Positions 1 through 7,020 of a stretch of DNA of 46,821 nt are shown here, piece after piece. The DNA is from Candidatus Staskawiczbacteria bacterium RIFOXYD1_FULL_32_13 (lineage in GTDB: Bacteria; Patescibacteriota; Minisyncoccia; Minisyncoccales; Staskawiczbacteraceae). The notes under the pieces are model-generated. The model made no database searches and was not told the origin of the DNA. It saw nothing but the letters and a program-made list of their open reading frames with translations. A program made the translations under genes and the position numbers. The stretch is taken from assembly GCA_001820485.1 (NCBI GenBank), contig MHPU01000026.1, forward strand, positions 17,873 to 64,693, written 5' to 3'. Position 1 is the stretch's first letter; the number at the start of each line of letters is the position of its first letter.

Positions 1-591
1 TCTAATATAAGAACTTAATGCATTAGCTAAATGGCTTTTATCTTTTTCATGAATATCTTGTTTTTTATCATCTCCTAAATAACTCTTTCTTCTTTCCTGT
101 TTCTTTGTATCTGTAATTTTATTTGCTAATTTTAATGAAAATTCAGCAGAAGTTTTTAAAATAAAAGTGCAATCTGGCTTAGGTATTTTAAACAAACCAT
201 ACTCTAAATTATATAACCAATTTACATATTTTCTCCAACTTTTTATATTTTTTATTTTTCCTCCTTGGTGACCAATATTTGAAACTAAATATCTATCCGA
301 TATTACAATTTTACCTTCATTTAGCCACTTCCTAATTTTAAAACTAGCATCGTATCTATCACAAGCATAAAAAATTGAAGCAACATAAGGACCAACATCC
401 TTAGCCTCTCCATATTTACCAATTAAATATTCATCTACTAAACCAGACGATTTTTCTCCGTGCTGTGGAAAGTCTATTTTCTCAACTTTATAACCTTTAT
501 TATTTAAATATTCACTTAAAAGCTTTGTCTGTGTTGATTTACCGCCACCATCAATTCCTTCAAATACAAAAAATTTACCTTTTTTAGCCAT
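1..591 (-). CDS. tmk: Thymidylate kinase (C-terminus runs off the window edge)
   Basis: Not in the ORF track. Minus-strand ATG at 589-591 gives MAKKGKFFVFEGIDGGGKSTQTKLL... with a P-loop, plus ISDRYLVS (DRY-type motif). The frame stays open to position 1. Confidence 0.85.
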   Translation of the reverse strand, partial: MAKKGKFFVFEGIDGGGKSTQTKLLSEYLNNKGYKVEKIDFPQHGEKSSGLVDEYLIGKYGEAKDVGPYVASIFYACDRYDASFKIRKWLNEGKIVISDRYLVSNIGHQGGKIKNIKSWRKYVNWLYNLEYGLFKIPKPDCTFILKTSAEFSLKLANKITDTKKQERRKSYLGDDKKQDIHEKDKSHLANALSSYIR

Positions 592-1132
592 AAATTTTAT
601 CAATTAATTCTTTAATTTTTATATAAAATTCTTCCTTTGTGCCATTGTTTTCTATTTTATAATCAGCACGCTGAGCAATAGACAAAATTTGTTGTTCAGC
701 TTCAGCCCCGCACAATTCTAAAAATTTTTCAAATGGCACATCGTCATCAGATTTTTCTTTACGCAAAATAACTCTTTCCCATCTTTTTTTTATATCTGCA
801 GTCACATAAATTAGCTTACCGCCAATATTCATTAAAGCATCAAAATCAGCTGGCCTTCTTACGCCATTTAAAATAATTATTCCTTCAGAAATATTACTTA
901 TTTTTTTCACTAATGCTTTTACTAAAATATCTCCTCCAAATCTTTCACGTAATACAGAACTTAGCCACTGTTGATCTTCACGTTTTATGTCATCAGAAAA
1001 AATTTTTAAAGCTTCTGTCAAACCATCGGAAAACCTTAAAAAATGAACATTTTCATAATTTTCTTTTACAAAGTTACAAAAAGTATCTTTTCCAGAACCA
1101 ATTTCACCCACCACACCAATTATTTTTTTCAT
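584..1132 (-). CDS. P-loop nucleoside/nucleotide kinase-like protein (substrate unknown)
   Basis: N-terminal Walker A GVVGEIGSGKDT. Single-domain ~180 aa size. Its stop overlaps the tmk start and it sits in a nucleotide-metabolism cluster. Confidence 0.55.
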   Translation of the reverse strand: MKKIIGVVGEIGSGKDTFCNFVKENYENVHFLRFSDGLTEALKIFSDDIKREDQQWLSSVLRERFGGDILVKALVKKISNISEGIIILNGVRRPADFDALMNIGGKLIYVTADIKKRWERVILRKEKSDDDVPFEKFLELCGAEAEQQILSIAQRADYKIENNGTKEEFYIKIKELIDKIYG

Positions 1133-1136
1133 TATT

Positions 1137-1763
1137 TTATTTACTTAATATTACATTTTCTAATTCTTTTAAATTGCGCACTAAATAATCAGGATTTAAT
1201 AATTTTAATCTATCTTCAGGATAAAATCCCCAGGTAACAGCTACTGTTTTAATCCCAGCAATTTTACCAACTTCAATTTCATGATTTGTATCGCCAATAA
1301 AAACAGTTTCTTTGGGCTTAAATTTATTTTTCGAAATTAAATTGTGTATCTCTTCTGCTTTATCATGAACTTTACAAAATACATCCCTAAAAATACCTGT
1401 AAGTTCAAATTTCTTAATTTCTTGCAAAAGCGTTTCTGGTGGATCTGAACTTAAAACTGTCATCTCAATTCCATTTAATTTAAATTTTTTTATAAGTTCA
1501 ACTATGCCTGGATAAACTTTCGCTAGCGGACAATTATTATCAAAAATTGCCTGATAATAAATTTTTTGTTCTTGGTCTAAAGTCATATTTGGATAATATT
1601 TATTCCAAAATTTCATATATGGTTGCTCCCAATTTTGCCTCATTTCCTCAAGTTCAATTCTTTGCCCTCCAAGATTTTCAAACATTTTATTTACCACCCA
1701 AACATGATCATCAACAGCATCTTTAATTACCCCAGACCAATCAAAAATAATATTCTTAATCAT
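1137..1763 (-). CDS. HAD-superfamily hydrolase (phosphatase-like)
   Basis: Motif I variant IIFDWSGVIKD, motif II VLSS and motif IV FIGDTNHE. Typical ~210 aa length. Confidence 0.7.
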   Translation of the reverse strand: MIKNIIFDWSGVIKDAVDDHVWVVNKMFENLGGQRIELEEMRQNWEQPYMKFWNKYYPNMTLDQEQKIYYQAIFDNNCPLAKVYPGIVELIKKFKLNGIEMTVLSSDPPETLLQEIKKFELTGIFRDVFCKVHDKAEEIHNLISKNKFKPKETVFIGDTNHEIEVGKIAGIKTVAVTWGFYPEDRLKLLNPDYLVRNLKELENVILSK

Positions 1764-2383
1764 TTTAAATTTTTTAAATATTCTTCATAAACTACTTTCA
1801 TCCAAGGACTGTAACTTAAATTATTTTCAATTTCTTTTAGCTCAAAAAGCTTACCCTCCATCTTGTCTGTTTCTATAACATTTATATCTAAACTATCGCC
1901 TACAAAGTGAAACACCAAACCCAAGTGCACTTTTTCTACAGGGCCAGAATCATCGTTTATTATACCAACTAATTTTTTTTGTAGTAAATTACCCTTGAAA
2001 TCCACTTCTTCTTGCCATTCACGCATCATGCCTTGATCCAAAATATTTTTATCAGAAACAATATCATCTTTATTTATATGTCCGCCTATTCCAAGCTGAT
2101 AATTATTGTTTACCAATCTCTGCTCACCAGCATTAGCTAAATATTTATATGCAAAAAACTTATCTTCAAAACTAAATAAAATATATGGAATTATTTGCTG
2201 GTAACTATTGTCCTCTTCTACATCACCCCTTCTTTTAAATTCATAGTTTTTGTTTATTAAATCAAGATAATATTCTAAATTATCTTTTTTAAGCCCCTGC
2301 CAAATCCCTTCCTTAAAAATAATATCAGACTTTACCACTAAAACTTTTTCATCATTTTTATCCATAATTTTATTGATTTTCAT
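1760..2383 (-). CDS. Nudix-like hydrolase (weak)
   Basis: GIGGHINKDD...GMMREWQEEVDF resembles a Nudix box (G..E..REUxEE). Overlaps its neighbours as in an operon. Confidence 0.4.
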   Translation of the reverse strand: MKINKIMDKNDEKVLVVKSDIIFKEGIWQGLKKDNLEYYLDLINKNYEFKRRGDVEEDNSYQQIIPYILFSFEDKFFAYKYLANAGEQRLVNNNYQLGIGGHINKDDIVSDKNILDQGMMREWQEEVDFKGNLLQKKLVGIINDDSGPVEKVHLGLVFHFVGDSLDINVIETDKMEGKLFELKEIENNLSYSPWMKVVYEEYLKNLK

Positions 2384-2867
2384 ATTTTTCTACAGATTCA
2401 TCTAATACCACCAGCTCCACTCCAGCATTTTTTAAAAGCTCTAATGATTGTGCATCTGCATGATATCTTTTTTTTGCGACAACTTTTATTATGCCGACTC
2501 TAATAATCCTCATCGCACAATTCCAGCATGGAACCATTTTACAATAAACCGTAGCTCCCTCAAGCTTAATTCCATCTTTGGCACATTGCAAAATTGCATT
2601 TTCCTCAGCATGTAAGGTCCTTACACAATGCTGTTGTTGATGACCATCTTCATAAATAACCGTCCTCATTAAATGTCCAATCTCATCGCAATGTGCTTGT
2701 CCTGGGGGAGCTCCAATGTAACCTGTAGCCAATATTGTGTTGTGTTTTGACACAATTAAAGCACCACTTCTAGCTCTATCGCAACTCCCTCTACTTCCTA
2801 TTGGATCAACTAAATTTAGAAAATATTCATCCCAAGTAGGACGAACATATTTTATTTCTTCTGCCAT
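2370..2867 (-). CDS. dCMP deaminase (ComEB/CDA zinc-dependent deaminase family)
   Basis: Zinc-binding motifs HAEENAI and PCWNCA. About 165 aa. Confidence 0.85.
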   Translation of the reverse strand: MAEEIKYVRPTWDEYFLNLVDPIGSRGSCDRARSGALIVSKHNTILATGYIGAPPGQAHCDEIGHLMRTVIYEDGHQQQHCVRTLHAEENAILQCAKDGIKLEGATVYCKMVPCWNCAMRIIRVGIIKVVAKKRYHADAQSLELLKNAGVELVVLDESVEKYENQ

Positions 2868-2894
2868 ATTTTTAATAAATTAATTATAATAATT

Positions 2895-4001
2895 TTATTT
2901 ATTTGTAATATCCATAACTGCAAGCTCAAGTGGCAATTGCATAATAGAATTATATTTCATTTTAGTTTCTGCCTCAATAAAAATTTCTAACATATTTTGG
3001 ATATCTTTTTCCGCAAGTGCTGATATTTGCAAATTTATTTTCTCAACTTCTTTTTCTGAAAGCCCAGAATTTTGTAAATTTAAAAAGTTTGAATTAATTT
3101 TCAAAAGCATTGCTTGTCTTAAATAAAAAACTAAAGTTTTTGCAAATTCCTGCAAATCAACTCCGCTATCTACCATTGAGTTTAGATAAACAAGCGCCTC
3201 TTTGGCATTCTTTTGCAAAAGAAAATCCATAAATTGCGAAATTTGTACCACCTCAACAATTCCTAATAGTTCTTTTATTTCTTCTGTTTTTACTAATTTA
3301 TCCTTTCCGCAAAAACTAATACATTGATCAAGTAAAGTTTCCGCATCACGAAATGATCCGCGCGAGTTTAAAGCTATTAATGGCAAAACCGTATTTTCAA
3401 ATTTAATATTCTCTTTTTTTCCTATAAATTCTAATTTTTTTATAATTTCTGTGACTTGCAATCTTTTAAAATCAAATCTTTGACATCTTGAAATAATTGT
3501 AGGAAGCATTTTATGGGACTCCGTAGTAGCAAGTAAAAATATTGCATGAGCTGGTGGCTCTTCAAGAGTCTTAAGTAAAGCATTTACAGCTGATTTGGAA
3601 AGCTGGTGGCATTCATCAATAATAAATATTTTATATTTAGATTTTACTGGAGCAAATTTTATACCATCAATTAACTCCCTTACATCGTCCACCCCAGTGT
3701 GCGAAGCTGCATCAATCTCAAGCAAATCAATTGACTTACCAGCTGATATCTCCAAACAAGAATCACACTTGTTGCATGGTTCAAAAGAAGATAAATCATT
3801 GCAGTTTACAGCTTTAGCAAAAAGACGAGCTATAGAAGTTTTTCCGCTTCCTCTAGGCCCTGAGAACAAATAAGCGTGAGAAATATTCTTCCTTAAAATT
3901 GAATTAGTTAAAGTTTGCACAATATGATCTTGACCAATAATTTCTGCAAAACTCTGAGGTCTATATTTTCTATATAAAGCTATATTATTCATTTTTTTCA
4001 T
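2895..4001 (-). CDS. dnaX: DNA polymerase III subunit gamma/tau
   Basis: Walker A GPRGSGKTS, DECHQLS box and sensor SRCQRF. N-terminal YRPQSF..IIGQ is typical of DnaX. Confidence 0.9.
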   Translation of the reverse strand: MKKMNNIALYRKYRPQSFAEIIGQDHIVQTLTNSILRKNISHAYLFSGPRGSGKTSIARLFAKAVNCNDLSSFEPCNKCDSCLEISAGKSIDLLEIDAASHTGVDDVRELIDGIKFAPVKSKYKIFIIDECHQLSKSAVNALLKTLEEPPAHAIFLLATTESHKMLPTIISRCQRFDFKRLQVTEIIKKLEFIGKKENIKFENTVLPLIALNSRGSFRDAETLLDQCISFCGKDKLVKTEEIKELLGIVEVVQISQFMDFLLQKNAKEALVYLNSMVDSGVDLQEFAKTLVFYLRQAMLLKINSNFLNLQNSGLSEKEVEKINLQISALAEKDIQNMLEIFIEAETKMKYNSIMQLPLELAVMDITNK

Positions 4002-4057
4002 TTATTATAAATTACCTTATTTATATATTTTAACAAATTTATAAAACATAACAAGTA

Positions 4058-4086
4058 TTGACTTTATCAATCAATTAAATTATAAT
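4058..4086 (+). promoter_or_regulatory. Near-consensus sigma70-type promoter (TTGACT-17 nt-TATAAT)
   Basis: TTGACT at 4058-4063, an exact 17-nt spacer and TATAAT at 4081-4086. It points opposite to all flanking genes. Confidence 0.65.
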
Positions 4087-4092
4087 TCAATA

Positions 4093-4224
4093 ATTCACAC
4101 CGGCAATGTTTCACGGCTCATCTGAAGACCAAAGTCTGCCCTTAACCTGATGGAAGATTCGAAACTTCTGGTCTATATCAAACATTGCTATAGGACTTAC
4201 CGCTTGGTAAGTCCTTCTTTTTTT
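4093..4224 (+). ncRNA. Orphan small-RNA candidate (~130 nt), identity unknown
   Basis: Bounded by the promoter above and an intrinsic terminator: stem AGGACTTACC/GGTAAGTCCT (4192-4215), then TCTTTTTTT. Internal 9-bp helix GCAATGTTT/AAACATTGC. GC-richer than its surroundings. No plus-strand ORF follows it. Confidence 0.5.
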
Positions 4225-4231
4225 ACAAAAA

Positions 4232-4819
4232 CTATTTTTTAAATACAAAAAATTTATCTCCGCAAAAGTTCCAAATACCGGCTAAAACAGCTGAAATTAG
4301 AACGCTTAGTTTTTCCCAAATTACAAATAAAACTCCAAATTGAGGACTTATAACTTTTGTTAAGAAATAAAAAACTAATACATCAATTGTCAAACCAATT
4401 AAATTAGTTATTAAAAACTTTGTAAATTCTTTTTTTGATACACCTTCTTCATTTTTTTGAAAAGTCCAAAATTTATTACCAACATACTTTATTATAATTG
4501 CTAAAATAAAAGAAAAGGTTTTAATTATGATAGAGCTTAACAAATATAATTGCGGAAAAATCCAAGCTAAAAATAAAAAGGATTTTAAATCAACAATAGT
4601 GGCAAATACACCAACTAAAACATGCTTTCCTGCTTGGAAAACAAATAAATATTTTTTACCAATATTCTCAACTAATTGCAAGCAGAGTATTGAAGCAGCG
4701 GGTAAAATTAAAAATAAAATCCAACCAAAAATCCCAAGACTAAATCCATAAAAATTATTAATTAATTCAGCTACCAAAATCCCACAGAGTATTGAGAATA
4801 TTACATCAAACTTCTTCAT
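4232..4819 (-). CDS. GtrA-family membrane protein
   Basis: Multi-TM protein with two GtrA-like motif repeats, GNKFWTFQK and CGDKFFVFKK. Confidence 0.6.
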   Translation of the reverse strand: MKKFDVIFSILCGILVAELINNFYGFSLGIFGWILFLILPAASILCLQLVENIGKKYLFVFQAGKHVLVGVFATIVDLKSFLFLAWIFPQLYLLSSIIIKTFSFILAIIIKYVGNKFWTFQKNEEGVSKKEFTKFLITNLIGLTIDVLVFYFLTKVISPQFGVLFVIWEKLSVLISAVLAGIWNFCGDKFFVFKK

Positions 4820-4836
4820 ATTTATATTATAATAGC

Positions 4837-5433
4837 TTATCTATGAAAGCCCAAGTCCGCTGGATTACCTGCACCAGAAATTAATTCTATTGCTCCCCCA
4901 TTTGCCTCAAATTGATATCTTAATTTTTTAACTTCATTTGAGAGCTCTATTGTTTCTTTGGGCAAATTATCTTTTTTAATATAACCTTTTGACCAAAAAT
5001 CAATTACTAATTTACTATCTCCAAAAATATTTTTTATATTATCTTTTATAGCAATTTCTAAAGCATATTTACAGGCCAATAATTCTCCAAAATTATTAGT
5101 TATTCCTTTTTCCAGTAAGCAAAATCCCCTATTATTTATTTTTTCTTTTGGCAAAACCTTGCTTAGTAAGCTTTTACCATTTTTATCTGTAACAGAAATT
5201 TCTACGCCATTGCCAGCCCCAGTGCCTGCATCAAAATAAATGCCATCTTTTACTGACAGGCGCTTTATTTCATATTTTGCCCCTAGCGACAGCCATAATT
5301 CTGCTTCCTCTTTTTTTACAAAACCTTTAAACTTTGCTCCTAACTTTCCAGAAACTAATTTCTGGCAATCTGGCCAATTATCAGTTACCCCACTCTTTCC
5401 ATTTACTAAATATGCATAAAATTTATTTTTCAT
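4837..5433 (-). CDS. Ribonuclease H with N-terminal hybrid-binding (viroplasmin-like) domain
   Basis: N-terminus FYAYLVNGKSGVTDNWPDCQKLVSG..AKFKGF..EEAELWL. RNase H core residues appear in YFDAGTG, NNFGELLAC and IFGDSKLVI. Confidence 0.7.
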   Translation of the reverse strand: MKNKFYAYLVNGKSGVTDNWPDCQKLVSGKLGAKFKGFVKKEEAELWLSLGAKYEIKRLSVKDGIYFDAGTGAGNGVEISVTDKNGKSLLSKVLPKEKINNRGFCLLEKGITNNFGELLACKYALEIAIKDNIKNIFGDSKLVIDFWSKGYIKKDNLPKETIELSNEVKKLRYQFEANGGAIELISGAGNPADLGFHR

Positions 5434-5437
5434 AAAG

Positions 5438-6529
5438 TTATCTTCTAGATTTGATACTTTGTACTATTCCCAAACTTATAAAATTTGCTATAAGTCCAGA
5501 CCCACCATAGCTTATAAATGGCAAATAAATTCCAACAACTGGAAAAACCCCTATATTCATTCCAATATTAACTGTAAATTGTATAATTAGCATCAACACG
5601 AAACCAACACAAAAAAGTCTAGCAAAATTTGACTGAGATTCTATTGAAATCTTTAAAATTCTCCAAACAACATTCAAATAAAGCAAAAATAAAATAATTA
5701 CTCCGATTATTCCCCACTCTTCTGCTATTACAGAAAATATAAAATCTGTATGTGGCTCTGGCAAAAAACCATATTGAACCTGAGATCCATTTCCCAATCC
5801 TTGACCAAAAATCATACCAGATCCAATTGCAATTTTTGTTTGATTTTGACTCCAAGAGCCGCCCAAAGGATCATAAGGAAATACAAATGACAAAACCCTG
5901 TCTCTTTGATAATCTTTAAGTAAAAACTGCCAAGCAAGACCAGAGGCTAAAATAAAAATTAAAAATAAAATTAAAAAGTGTTTTAATTTAATTCCAGAAA
6001 CAGACAAAATTCCAGCCCACATTAAAACCAAAACCATAACCCCTCCTAAATCGGGTTTTATAAAAATTAATAAAGCTGGCAAAAAAACATAAAGTCCAGA
6101 AAATATAATATGCCTAAATTTATACATTTCAACATGTCTCATTGAAAAATATTTTGCCAGCAAAATTAATAAAATTATCTTAGTAGGTTCTATTGGGTCT
6201 AAAGAAAGACCACCAATTTTATACCACCCCCTAGTTCCTCTTATATCTGGAGCAAAAAAGTGAAGACCTGCTAAAAGTACCAAACATATAAAATAAAAAG
6301 ATAAAATTAAATAAGAATTATTTCTAAAAATTCTGTAATCTAAAAAACTTATCAAAATCATTAAAAAAAATCCAACAGCAAAAAATATAATTTGCTTTGT
6401 TAAATTAGAAAAATCTTCGCGAGCAACACAAGTACTATAAATAGCAAGCAAACCAAAACAAACTATCAGCACCACTGAAATAATCAAATTCCAATCCAAC
6501 TTCCTTAAATAACTAGTTAATAATCCCAT
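5438..6529 (-). CDS. FtsW/RodA/SpoVE-family (SEDS) peptidoglycan polymerase
   Basis: About 10 TM segments. Conserved C-terminal LPFISYGGSGL and the PEPHTDFIFS motif. Confidence 0.85.
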   Translation of the reverse strand: MGLLTSYLRKLDWNLIISVVLIVCFGLLAIYSTCVAREDFSNLTKQIIFFAVGFFLMILISFLDYRIFRNNSYLILSFYFICLVLLAGLHFFAPDIRGTRGWYKIGGLSLDPIEPTKIILLILLAKYFSMRHVEMYKFRHIIFSGLYVFLPALLIFIKPDLGGVMVLVLMWAGILSVSGIKLKHFLILFLIFILASGLAWQFLLKDYQRDRVLSFVFPYDPLGGSWSQNQTKIAIGSGMIFGQGLGNGSQVQYGFLPEPHTDFIFSVIAEEWGIIGVIILFLLYLNVVWRILKISIESQSNFARLFCVGFVLMLIIQFTVNIGMNIGVFPVVGIYLPFISYGGSGLIANFISLGIVQSIKSRR

Positions 6530-6581
6530 AAATTAAAGCAAAAAAATAATACAAACAATTAAAAAAATAAATTACATAGAT

Positions 6582-6620
6582 TATAACATCCTTACAAACT
6601 TGAGTATTTAAGGGTGTTAT
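6582..6620. promoter_or_regulatory. Copy 1 of a ~39-bp operator/promoter-like repeat, upstream of the ftsW/rodA-family gene
   Basis: Core ACAAACTTGAGTATTTAAGGGT (6594-6615) is identical to 6970-6991. On the minus strand it is followed by TGTTATAAT (extended -10). Confidence 0.5.
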
Positions 6621-6628
6621 TTGCGTTA

Positions 6629-6937
6629 TTACGTGACTTCCCTGAACGCCTTTAGAAAATCAACAAAAATTTTACCATAAGGCGAAAGCGTATGTTCAAC
6701 ATATCTTCCTTTATGTTTTTTGTTAATTAAGCCCGCAACAAAAAGTCTTCTAACATGCTCGCCTATTGTTTTTTCATTTGCCTCAAGTGTCTCAATAATT
6801 TTCTCAAGAGTTATACTTTCACTTTTATCAATCAAAAGCAAAATCTCAATTCTGTAATGATTAGCCAAACCCTTTAAATGTCGTTCTAGTTGACTCGGTG
6901 ATTTTAATTTTTTAGTATTTTTCTTTTCTTCAATCAT
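6629..6937 (-). CDS. ArsR/SmtB-type winged-helix transcriptional regulator
   Basis: About 100 aa. LANHYRIEILLLI...TLEKIIETLEANEKTIGEHVRRLFVAGLI is typical of an HTH_20/ArsR layout. Confidence 0.65.
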   Translation of the reverse strand: MIEEKKNTKKLKSPSQLERHLKGLANHYRIEILLLIDKSESITLEKIIETLEANEKTIGEHVRRLFVAGLINKKHKGRYVEHTLSPYGKIFVDFLKAFREVT

Positions 6938-6957
6938 ATAATTTATTATAACACATA

Positions 6958-6996
6958 TTACACACCCTCACAAACTTGAGTATTTAAGGGTATTAT
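6958..6996. promoter_or_regulatory. Copy 2 of the ~39-bp operator/promoter-like repeat, upstream of the ArsR-type gene
   Basis: Same 22-bp core at 6970-6991. The minus strand again carries TGTTATAAT just before the ATG at 6937. Confidence 0.5.
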
Positions 6997-7020
6997 ATCC
7001 TAATTTTATGACGAAATTTG

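Noticed and set aside
913-1188. Track ORFs antisense to or nested within long, well-supported genes (for example 913..1188, 1043..1237, 3595..3873, 4527..4751, 5619..5855, 7445..7699, 7793..8068, 9496..9708, 14829..15023, 18013..18354, 37205..37507, 41286..41687, 43664..43969).
   Set aside because: They have low-complexity translations rich in F/L/I/K/S, typical of AT-rich antisense frames. None has a motif or an independent signal, and each is fully overlapped by a motif-supported gene.
1137-1763. HAD motif I reads DWSGV (second Asp replaced by Ser).
   Set aside because: Variants at this position exist in bona fide HAD subfamilies (for example phosphonatase-type DWAGT), so it is not evidence of inactivation or novelty by itself.
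4093-4224. SRP (4.5S) RNA next to dnaX; also a TPP-riboswitch-like CUGAAGA...CCCUUAACCUGAU and a hammerhead-like CUGAUGG...GAAAC.
   Set aside because: The conserved SRP domain-IV sequence (GGUCAGGUCC-GGAA-GGAAGCAGC-like) is absent on both strands. The TPP-like P4/P5 closing pairs are missing and there is no downstream gene. The hammerhead core has G where A is required, and stem II cannot form.
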